From: an uncultured Flavobacteriales bacterium
GTDB taxonomy: Bacteria > Bacteroidota > Bacteroidia > Flavobacteriales_G > Salibacteraceae
Assembly: GCA_905479105.1 (NCBI GenBank)
Contig: CAJQLE010000001.1
Span: 297,628 to 361,627, forward strand
DNA length: 64,000 bases
Direction: 5' to 3'
A model generated the notes under the pieces. It had not been told where the DNA came from. It saw only the letters and a list, made by a program, of their open reading frames with translations, and searched no databases. Below are positions 9,341-16,667 of this stretch, in pieces (position 1 is the stretch's first letter; every line of letters begins with the position of its first letter). Position numbers and translations under genes: made by a program.

Positions 9341-10177
9341 ATGAAAGCACTATTTGATAAAGTTAGTCTGGAAACAAGTCGAATGACCACGCGTTCTTAC
9401 AGTACTTCATTCTCACTTGGCACAAGATTTTTAGGTGCGTCCGTTCGAGATGCCATTTATTCAATATATGGCTTTGTTCGTTTTGCCGATGAAATTGTGG
9501 ACACATTCCATGACTATGACAAAGAATATCTTTTAGACAAGTTCAAAAAAGATACTTACGAAGCAATAGAAATGGGTATATCTCTCAACCCTATTTTGAA
9601 TAGCTTCCAAAAGGCAGTAAAAGATTTTAGGATTGATATGGCATTGATAGATACGTTTCTTGAAAGCATGGAAATGGACCTCAAAAAGACAGCCTACACC
9701 AGACAAGGTTACGAGCAATACATTCTCGGAAGTGCGGAGGTTGTTGGGTTAATGTGTCTGAAAGTTTTCGTTTATGGAGATGAAGAAAGATACAAAGAGC
9801 TTCAATTTTCGGCCATGCGCTTAGGTGCTGCATTTCAAAAAATTAATTTCTTACGCGATTTGAAAGCCGATTATCAAGAGATGGGCAGAACGTATTTCCC
9901 AGGAATTGATTTAGAAAATTTCAATGCCGAAGAAAAGAAACGAATTGAAAAAGAGATTGAGATGGACTTTATAGAGGGATATAAAGGAATCCTTGAATTG
10001 CCTAAATCTTCGCGTTTTGGAGTTTACATGGCTTACATATATTTCTATCAACTTTTCAAAAAAATTCAACGCACGGATGCTCAAGAAATTCTAAAAACAA
10101 GAATTAGAATTCCGAACCAGAAAAAGTATGCCATTTTCGTTGAAAGCTATGTAAAGCATAGTCTAAATCTGATTTGA
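9341..10177 (+). CDS. crtB: Phytoene synthase
   Basis: 278 aa with squalene/phytoene synthase motifs (YGFVRFADEIVD, MEMDL, GAAFQKINFLRD). It starts 1 nt after crtI. Confidence 0.9.
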   Translation: MKALFDKVSLETSRMTTRSYSTSFSLGTRFLGASVRDAIYSIYGFVRFADEIVDTFHDYDKEYLLDKFKKDTYEAIEMGISLNPILNSFQKAVKDFRIDMALIDTFLESMEMDLKKTAYTRQGYEQYILGSAEVVGLMCLKVFVYGDEERYKELQFSAMRLGAAFQKINFLRDLKADYQEMGRTYFPGIDLENFNAEEKKRIEKEIEMDFIEGYKGILELPKSSRFGVYMAYIYFYQLFKKIQRTDAQEILKTRIRIPNQKKYAIFVESYVKHSLNLI

Positions 10178-10671
10178 AGAAAATAATTTTCATAGCGCTT
10201 TTTGCATTAATTGCAAACGTCACTCGGGCACATTACCCAGAAATTGTAAAGGTTAGAAGTGGTTTTATTTACGCTGTTGATCACAAAGATTCGCGTGAAG
10301 CTTATGCGCTGATGCTTGAGGGTCTTGAAAATAACATGCATAGCAAGGCCTATTTGGGAGCCGCTAAAACTTTGGTTGCTGAATGCGTTATGATGCCTTG
10401 GGCAAAGTATTCGTATTTTAAAGATGGATCTCGACTCATTGAAGAAGCGATCAAAGAAAACCCTCTCAATGCTGAATATAGATATCTACGCTTTCTCATT
10501 CAGTTTAATGCGCCATCGTTTTTAGATTATTATTCTAACTTGGGTGAAGACTACCGCGCAGTAACTTCCGCTATTAAGAGCAATCAGTCCAAAGAGGTTT
10601 GGATGGAATACTTCATTCAATTTGAAAAGCTGAACAAAGAAAAAATTGAGGCTATCCTCGAAATAAGTTAA
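10174..10671 (+). CDS. Hypothetical exported helical protein embedded in the crt operon
   Basis: 165 aa with a signal peptide (MKKIIFIALFALIANVTRA). The TTG start overlaps the crtB stop (TTGA). I recognise no family. Confidence 0.5.
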   Translation: MKKIIFIALFALIANVTRAHYPEIVKVRSGFIYAVDHKDSREAYALMLEGLENNMHSKAYLGAAKTLVAECVMMPWAKYSYFKDGSRLIEEAIKENPLNAEYRYLRFLIQFNAPSFLDYYSNLGEDYRAVTSAIKSNQSKEVWMEYFIQFEKLNKEKIEAILEIS

Positions 10672-10676
10672 GAGTA

Positions 10677-11204
10677 ATGCAGACCGAAGAAGTAATCTTA
10701 GTAAATACATCTGACGAAGAAATTGGAACGATGGAGAAGATGAAGGCTCATGAGGAGGCTTTACTTCACCGTGCATTTTCTGTTTTTGTATTTAACCATA
10801 AGGGTGAAATGCTCATTCATCAGCGCGCCATCGAAAAGTATCACTCAGGTGGTTTATGGACAAACGCTTGCTGCAGTCATCCGCGTAAAGGAGAAACAAC
10901 TGAAGAAGCAGCGCATAGAAGATTGATGGAAGAAATGGGGTTTGACTGCCCGGTGTCAGAACGATTTTCCTTTATTTATAAAGCAAAACTTGACCAAGGT
11001 CTTACAGAATACGAATTTGACCACGTGTTCTTTGGTTCTTTTGATGGAAGGCCACAGCCTAATCCAGATGAGGTTTGCGATTGGAAATATGTTTCTATTC
11101 GCGAATTAAAAGACAACATCAAAATGGAACCTGAGGCTTACACCGAATGGTTCAAAATCGCGATTGATAAAATGACCGAGAGTAAAATCGCATTAAAGCC
11201 CTAA
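10677..11204 (+). CDS. idi: Isopentenyl-diphosphate delta-isomerase, type 1 (Nudix)
   Basis: 175 aa with LHRAFSVFVFN, WTNACCSHP (catalytic Cys) and a Nudix-like AAHRRLMEEMG box. Confidence 0.85.
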   Translation: MQTEEVILVNTSDEEIGTMEKMKAHEEALLHRAFSVFVFNHKGEMLIHQRAIEKYHSGGLWTNACCSHPRKGETTEEAAHRRLMEEMGFDCPVSERFSFIYKAKLDQGLTEYEFDHVFFGSFDGRPQPNPDEVCDWKYVSIRELKDNIKMEPEAYTEWFKIAIDKMTESKIALKP

Positions 11205-11207
11205 ATT

Positions 11208-11618
11208 TTGAAAGCAAGAGTAAGTAGAAAAGGGCATTTTAATGCCGCACATCGATTACATAATCCTGATTGGTCCGCTGAAAAAAATACCGAAGTATTT
11301 GGCAAGTGTAACAATCCCAATTATCACGGTCACAACTATGATGTAATTGCTAATGTCAAAGGAGAAATTGACCCTGAAACAGGCTATGTCATAGACATGA
11401 AAGTGCTGAAAGAAATGATGAATAATGAAGTTTTAGATCGTTATGATCATAAGAACCTCAATCTAGATATTGAAGAATTTAAATCGCTGAATCCAACGGC
11501 AGAAAACATAGCTGTTGTGATTTGGAACAGATTACGAAAAAGACTTGACGACCACCTCGAATTAACCGTAATACTTTACGAAACAGAACGAAATTATGTT
11601 GAATACAGTGGCGAATAA
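11208..11618 (+). CDS. 6-pyruvoyl-tetrahydropterin synthase, C-x5-HGH (animal PTPS-like) type
   Basis: 136 aa. FGKCNNPNYHGHNYDV..GEIDPETGYVIDM..DHKNLN..TAENIAVVIW..YETERNYVEY is collinear with my recollection of mammalian PTPS (CNNPNGHGHNY). QueD-type enzymes have C-x3-HGH instead. TTG start. Confidence 0.8.
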   Translation: MKARVSRKGHFNAAHRLHNPDWSAEKNTEVFGKCNNPNYHGHNYDVIANVKGEIDPETGYVIDMKVLKEMMNNEVLDRYDHKNLNLDIEEFKSLNPTAENIAVVIWNRLRKRLDDHLELTVILYETERNYVEYSGE

Positions 11619-12276
11619 AGAAGCACTTGAAACCTTAGATTATGAGCACCATTGGAATGGTCTTTCCACTCCGATGAAAGAAAACGCACATGATCTTTCA
11701 AGTGAAGAAAAGGTGGAGAAAATTAAAGGTCATTTCACAGAAATCATGGAAACGCTAGGTATGGACTTGAATGATGAAAGTCTTCAGGACACTCCTAACC
11801 GTGTAGCAAAGATGTTTGTAAATGAAGTTTTCAAAGGGCTTAACCCAGAGAACAAACCTGAGATCAAGCTTTTCTCCAACAAGTACAAATACAAAGAAAT
11901 GCTTGTAGAGCGCGACATCACGCTTTACTCCTATTGTGAGCACCATTTTGTGCCGATCATAGGAAAAGCACATGTGGCTTACGTAAGTAATGGTAACGTG
12001 ATTGGCTTGAGTAAAATCAACCGATTGGTTGAATATTATGCAAAACGACCTCAGGTGCAAGAGCGCTTGAACGAACAAATTGCTCGAGCATTGAAGGAGG
12101 TTTTGAAAACTGATGACGTGGCCGTGGTTATTGATGCTGAGCACTTGTGCGTGAAATCAAGAGGAATTCAAGACACTGCTAGCAGCACAGTAACAGCGAG
12201 CTATCATGGTAAATTCAAAGAAATGGAAACTCGAAAAGAATTCTTGAGTTACCTCAACTTGAAAAGTCAATATTGA
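11596..12276 (+). CDS. folE: GTP cyclohydrolase I
   Basis: 226 aa with DTPNRVAKMF, YSYCEHHFVPI and RPQVQERL motifs. The annotated start overlaps the PTPS gene by 23 nt, and a GTG at 11608 is an alternative. Confidence 0.9.
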   Translation: MLNTVANKEALETLDYEHHWNGLSTPMKENAHDLSSEEKVEKIKGHFTEIMETLGMDLNDESLQDTPNRVAKMFVNEVFKGLNPENKPEIKLFSNKYKYKEMLVERDITLYSYCEHHFVPIIGKAHVAYVSNGNVIGLSKINRLVEYYAKRPQVQERLNEQIARALKEVLKTDDVAVVIDAEHLCVKSRGIQDTASSTVTASYHGKFKEMETRKEFLSYLNLKSQY

Positions 12277-12959
12277 TGAAATATCTAGTCGTTGGCGGCA
12301 GCAAAGGCATCGGAAAAGCTTGCACTGAGCAACTCTTAGAAGCTGGGCATGAAGTTATTGTTGCCGCAAGAACGAATAATGCAATTAACCATCTCCCAGT
12401 CGAATTCGTTGATCTGGACGTACTGGCAGATGTTTCTGCGTTGGAAGATTTTGATGAACTCAACGGATTAATCTACTGCCCCGGAAGCATCAATTTGAGG
12501 CCTTTCAATCGGTTGACAGAAGATGACTTCAAAAACGATTTCAACCTCAACGTTTACGGTGCCATCAAATGCATTCAAACGTGTTTACCCGCATTGAAAA
12601 AAGGCACTGGGTCAATCGTGCTTTTCAGCACCGTGGCAGTTCAACAAGGAATGGCGTTTCACGCATCAGTAGCAGCTTCTAAAGGTGCTATCGAAGGATT
12701 AACGCGCGCTCTTGCTTCAGAATTAGCTCCAAATGTTCGAGTAAATGCTATTGCTCCAAGCCTAACAGATACACCGCTGGCTGAAGCCTTACTTTCCAAT
12801 GAAAAAAAGAGAGAAGCAAGTGAAGAACGTCATCCACTAAAGCGCGTTGGAAAAGCTGACGAAATTGCATCGATGGCGGTGCATTTAGTTTCTGAAAACG
12901 GAGGCTGGATTACAGGACAAGTCATAGGCATCGATGGCGGAATGAGTCGTGTGCGATAA
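12276..12959 (+). CDS. Short-chain dehydrogenase/reductase, atypical active site (candidate pterin/sepiapterin-type reductase)
   Basis: About 227 aa with a GGSKGIGKA cofactor motif, NLNVYG, LFSTVA and VNAIAPSLTDTP. The expected Y-x3-K reads V-A-A-S-K. The ATG at 12276 (TGATG junction with folE) is preferred over the TTG at 12273. Confidence 0.75.
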   Translation: MKYLVVGGSKGIGKACTEQLLEAGHEVIVAARTNNAINHLPVEFVDLDVLADVSALEDFDELNGLIYCPGSINLRPFNRLTEDDFKNDFNLNVYGAIKCIQTCLPALKKGTGSIVLFSTVAVQQGMAFHASVAASKGAIEGLTRALASELAPNVRVNAIAPSLTDTPLAEALLSNEKKREASEERHPLKRVGKADEIASMAVHLVSENGGWITGQVIGIDGGMSRVR

Positions 12960-12961
12960 TC

Positions 12962-13570
12962 ATGGCGGTTTTTACTGAAATAGATTGGGCCAAGCGAAAA
13001 GACCGCTACTGGTCAAACTTCTTCAACACACTCAGCGGAGCAAGATCCTCTGTTCTAATTGGAACGAGCAACGCACAAGGTCAACACAACCTGGCTATTT
13101 TCAATTCCTTGGTTCATTTGGGTGCGAATCCACCTTTACTGGGATTCATTCTCAGACCAGCCACTGTGCCTCGAGGCACCTACGAAAACATTCTGACCAA
13201 TAAGTATTACACGCTGAATCACATTTCAGAAGCAATGATCAATGCCGCGCATCAAACTTCTGCCAAATATGAAAATGGAGAAAGTGAATTTGACGCCACC
13301 GGCTTGACGTCCGAATTTGGTGCATCCAAAGTAGCACCATTCGTAAAGGAAAGTCCGATCAAAATCTTGATGGAGTTTCAAGAAGAACATTTGGTGATGA
13401 ATGGAACCCGATTAATTGTCGGACAAGTCAAAGAAGTTGTTCTGAACGAATCAGTCATTGAAGAAGATGGTTCAATAAAAGTAGCTGAAGAAAATCTCAT
13501 TGCGACCAGTGGCCTTTATCATTATCACAGCGTGAAATTCAAGGTCAAAAAGGATTTTGCAAGACCATGA
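12962..13570 (+). CDS. Flavin-reductase-like (FMN-binding split-barrel) domain protein
   Basis: 202 aa whose overall pattern (SVLIGTSNAQGQHNLAIFNS..HLGANPPLLGFILRP) resembles the flavin reductase domain family. Its stop overlaps the photolyase start (ATGA). Confidence 0.65.
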   Translation: MAVFTEIDWAKRKDRYWSNFFNTLSGARSSVLIGTSNAQGQHNLAIFNSLVHLGANPPLLGFILRPATVPRGTYENILTNKYYTLNHISEAMINAAHQTSAKYENGESEFDATGLTSEFGASKVAPFVKESPIKILMEFQEEHLVMNGTRLIVGQVKEVVLNESVIEEDGSIKVAEENLIATSGLYHYHSVKFKVKKDFARP

Positions 13571-14874
13571 GGGAATTGAACTTATTCTGGTTCAGACGTG
13601 ACCTTCGCCTCGAGGATAATGCTGGATTATACCACGCCTTGAAAGAAGGCAGAAACGTACAACCCATCTTCATTTTCGACAGAAACATTCTCGATGATCT
13701 TGAGGAAAAAGACGACCGCAGGGTAAGTTTTATCTACGCTCAAATCGAACGATTAAAGCAGGAATTGCAATCCAAAGGTTCAGACTTGTGGGTGTTTTAT
13801 GGAACTCCGATGGATGTATTTGAGTTGTTGCTGAACGAGTACACCATCACTGGATTATTCGCCAACAAAGACTACGAACCGTATGCGCTAGAGCGAGACA
13901 AAACTGTCTATGACTTGTTTCAAAAGCAAAGCTTGACTTTCCGCGCATTCAAAGACCTTGTGATCTTCGAGAAAAATGAAGTGCTGAAAGATGATGGAAA
14001 GCCTTACACCGTTTTCACTCCTTATTCAAAGAAATGGAAGGCGAAGCTGAACGATTTCTATTTAAAGTCCTACCCTACTGAATCGTATTTCAATAACTTC
14101 AATCAAACTAAAGCAAATCCGCTTCTTACGCTCGAATGGATGGGATTCACAAAGCACGATGAAGATTGGAATGACAATGCGGTTGACAATGCCATCGTCA
14201 ACAAATACCACGAAACGCGTGACATTCCTTCATTAAGAGGAACTTCAAGATTGAGTGTTCATTTACGATTCGGAACAGTGAGTATTCGCGCCTTGGCCAA
14301 AGCAGGATTAGAGCTGAATGAAAAATGGCTGAATGAGTTGATTTGGAGAGATTTTTATCAAAGTATTTTGTGGCACTTTCCTCATGTCGTAAAAGGAAGT
14401 TTCCGGCCTGCATATGATCGTATTCCTTGGATTAATGATGAATCTCAATTTACAGCTTGGTGTGAAGGAAAAACGGGTTATCCCATTGTGGATGCCGGCA
14501 TGCGCGAGTTGAACGAAACGGGGTTCATGCACAATCGCGTGCGCATGATCGTGTCTAGTTTTCTCACAAAGCATTTACTCATCGATTGGCGCTGGGGCGA
14601 AGCATACTTCGCTGAAAAGTTGATCGATTTTGAATTGGCGTCTAACAATGGCGGATGGCAATGGGCAGCCAGCTCAGGTGTAGATGCCGCTCCCTACTTC
14701 AGAATTTTCAACCCCTACTTGCAAACCGAACGATTCGACCCAGAGTTAAAATACATCCGAAAATGGGTTCCTGAATTGGATTCTTCCTCGTATCCAAAAC
14801 CCATCGTTGAGCATAAAATGGCGAGAGAACGTGCCATTGAGACTTATAAAAAAGAGTTGCAAAAACTGAAATAA
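13567..14874 (+). CDS. phr: Deoxyribodipyrimidine photolyase / cryptochrome family (class I-like)
   Basis: 435 aa with LFWFRRDLRLEDN, TSRLSVHLRFG, WRDFY, NNGGWQW and DAAPYFRIFNP. Confidence 0.9.
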   Translation: MRELNLFWFRRDLRLEDNAGLYHALKEGRNVQPIFIFDRNILDDLEEKDDRRVSFIYAQIERLKQELQSKGSDLWVFYGTPMDVFELLLNEYTITGLFANKDYEPYALERDKTVYDLFQKQSLTFRAFKDLVIFEKNEVLKDDGKPYTVFTPYSKKWKAKLNDFYLKSYPTESYFNNFNQTKANPLLTLEWMGFTKHDEDWNDNAVDNAIVNKYHETRDIPSLRGTSRLSVHLRFGTVSIRALAKAGLELNEKWLNELIWRDFYQSILWHFPHVVKGSFRPAYDRIPWINDESQFTAWCEGKTGYPIVDAGMRELNETGFMHNRVRMIVSSFLTKHLLIDWRWGEAYFAEKLIDFELASNNGGWQWAASSGVDAAPYFRIFNPYLQTERFDPELKYIRKWVPELDSSSYPKPIVEHKMARERAIETYKKELQKLK

Positions 14875-14876
14875 AA

Positions 14877-14902
14877 AAGCCCTCCGAAAATCGAAAGGCT
14901 TT
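14877..14902. terminator. Weak imperfect hairpin between convergent phr and paaB
   Basis: AAGCC...GGCTT 5-bp outer stem with imperfect interior pairing, flanked by an A-run on the left and TTTAAATAAA on the right. Weak. Confidence 0.3.
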
Positions 14903-14918
14903 AAATAAATCATAAAAT

Positions 14919-14948
14919 CTGACAGCTGAAAACTGACGACTGACAGCT
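14919..14948. repeat. Heptanucleotide-periodic array (CTGACAG/CTGAAAA/CTGACGA/CTGACAG)
   Basis: Four in-phase 7-mers read directly from the sequence, lying immediately 3' of paaB. Confidence 0.7.
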
Positions 14949-14955
14949 ATATAAA

Positions 14956-15246
14956 TTACATGTGCTTTAACTCATCGGGTAAATCATAAAATGTTGGATG
15001 ACGATAAATCTTATCGTTTGCTGGTTCAAACAAAGCTTCTTTATCACTCGGATCAGAAGCCGTAATATGAATAGATTCAACCACCCAAAGACTCACACCT
15101 TCATTTCTTCTGGTGTAAACATCTCGCGCCATTTCTAACGCCATTTCAGCATCAGCTGAATGCAAGCTTCCTGCATGACGATGGCTTAATCCCGCTTTAC
15201 TTCTGATGAACACCTCCCAAAGAGGCCAATTTTTCTTGTTAGACAT
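14956..15246 (-). CDS. paaB: 1,2-phenylacetyl-CoA epoxidase subunit B
   Basis: 96 aa with PLWEVF..HAGSLHA-type PaaB signatures. Confidence 0.9.
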   Translation of the reverse strand: MSNKKNWPLWEVFIRSKAGLSHRHAGSLHSADAEMALEMARDVYTRRNEGVSLWVVESIHITASDPSDKEALFEPANDKIYRHPTFYDLPDELKHM

Positions 15247-15265
15247 TGTGATGGTCTTTTATGAT

Positions 15266-16216
15266 TTAAGCTGCTTTCGAAGCTTCTCTTCTCTTTTGTT
15301 TCTTATCAGCATACTCCATGGCTGCCTCGCGCACCCACTCGCCTTTTTCATATGCTTCTTTTCTCGCTCTAATGCGCTGACGATTGCATTTTCCGTTTCC
15401 TTTCACAACACCCCAAAACTCATCCCAATCCAATGGGCTCATTTCATAATGACCTGTCTCTTCATTGAATTTTAAGTTCGGATCTGGAACCTCACAACCC
15501 AAAAGCTCACATTGAGGAACGGTCATGTCTAAGAAACGCTGACGTAATTCATCGTTTGAAAAACGCTTGATCTTCCAATTCATACTTTGCTCAGAATGAG
15601 AAGATTCAGTATCATGTGGACCAAACATCATCAATGATGGAAACCACCAACGGTTGATTGCATCTTGAGCCATGCGCTTTTGTTCTGGCGTTCCTTTGGC
15701 CATTGCTAACATGATCGAATAACCTTGTCTTTGATGGAAACTTTCTTCCTTGCATACGCGAACCATAGCTCGGCTGTATGGACCATAAGAACATCGGCAA
15801 AGCGGCACCTGATTCATAATTGCAGCTCCATCAACCAACCAACCAATGGCTCCTATATCAGCCCATGTAAGTGTCGGATAGTTAAAGATGGAAGAATATT
15901 TTGCTTTACCAGAATGTAAATCTTCGATGGTATCATCACGCTCAACTCCTAAGGTTTCAGCAGCAGAATAAAGGTACAGACCATGGCCTGCTTCATCCTG
16001 AACTTTCGCCAACAAAGCCACTTTTCGTTTCAAGCTCGGAGCTCTTGAAATCCAATTAGCCTCTGGCAGCATGCCTACAATTTCGCTGTGTGCGTGCTGT
16101 GAGATTTGACGGATGAGCGTTTTGCGGTATGCATCTGGCATCCAGTCTTTAGGCTCTATTTTTATCTCGTTGTCGACTCTCTCTTGGAAAATCTTTTCTA
16201 AATCTTTTTCAGCCAT
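15266..16216 (-). CDS. paaA: 1,2-phenylacetyl-CoA epoxidase catalytic subunit A
   Basis: 316 aa di-iron oxygenase with [10 protein letters not shown] and DEAGHGLY (E-x-x-H motifs). Confidence 0.9.
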   Translation of the reverse strand: MAEKDLEKIFQERVDNEIKIEPKDWMPDAYRKTLIRQISQHAHSEIVGMLPEANWISRAPSLKRKVALLAKVQDEAGHGLYLYSAAETLGVERDDTIEDLHSGKAKYSSIFNYPTLTWADIGAIGWLVDGAAIMNQVPLCRCSYGPYSRAMVRVCKEESFHQRQGYSIMLAMAKGTPEQKRMAQDAINRWWFPSLMMFGPHDTESSHSEQSMNWKIKRFSNDELRQRFLDMTVPQCELLGCEVPDPNLKFNEETGHYEMSPLDWDEFWGVVKGNGKCNRQRIRARKEAYEKGEWVREAAMEYADKKQKRREASKAA

Positions 16217-16333
16217 AATAATCGAGTTCTATGCGAATATAAATATGAAGGTTGGTTTGGTGACTGATTGAACGTAAGTTCAATCTGAAAACAGACGAAA
16301 ATCAGGTTTTGTTCAGCGATTGATGATTTAGTA

Positions 16334-16667
16334 TTCATGGTTCATAGTTCGTGGTTAATGGTTTATAATTGAGCAGAATGCCAGCGGCAGTCTGAGGTCG
16401 CTGACGTAGGAAGCAAGTCTCGAAGACAAGCGGATTTAATGGTTCGGGGTCGCTGTCTAAGTTCTCGATACATCGCGCTAAGGCGCGCCACTCGAACTGA
16501 CAGCTGGTGAGATTCGTGGTTCGTGGTTCAAGGTTTGTTGGTTCCCCAATTATCAATGATGAATCATAAATTATAAATCACGCCTTAACCCTTCAACTTT
16601 TTAACTCTTTATCTAATCCTGAACTGAGGACGCCCTCAGACGGACGAAAGAACCATGAACCACGAAT
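16334..16667. repeat. Composite non-coding element: two heptamer arrays flanking a GC-rich core, plus an inverted copy
   Basis: Array A (16334-16368) reads TTCATGG/TTCATAG/TTCGTGG/TTAATGG/TTTATAA. The GC-rich core spans ~16369-16512. Array B (16513-16540) reads TTCGTGG/TTCGTGG/TTCAAGG/TTTGTTG. The reverse complement of 16650-16667 matches 16512-16529 at 17/18 positions. Confidence 0.65.

Noticed and set aside
11208-11618. Calling the PTPS-fold gene queD (queuosine pathway)
   Set aside because: The active-site spacing is C-x5-HGH rather than the C-x3-HGH of QueD. There is no queC/queE nearby, and the neighbours are folE and an SDR. PTPS-III (a folate bypass) remains an open alternative and is stated in the finding.
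11755-12144. 129-aa antisense ORF inside folE
   Set aside because: It lies wholly within the conserved GTP cyclohydrolase I frame. Its composition is typical of an antisense shadow and it has no signal or motif.
14919-16540. Could the heptamer arrays be a CRISPR array or minisatellite?
   Set aside because: The units are 7 bp, contiguous and degenerate, with no spacers and no cas genes anywhere in the window. This is not CRISPR.
16335-16556. 73-aa ORF covering the GC-rich core of the paaA/paaE spacer
   Set aside because: It starts and ends inside the heptamer arrays and has a low-complexity, Pro/Thr/Leu-rich translation with no coding signature. I treat it as non-coding repeat DNA (see the finding for 16217-16768).
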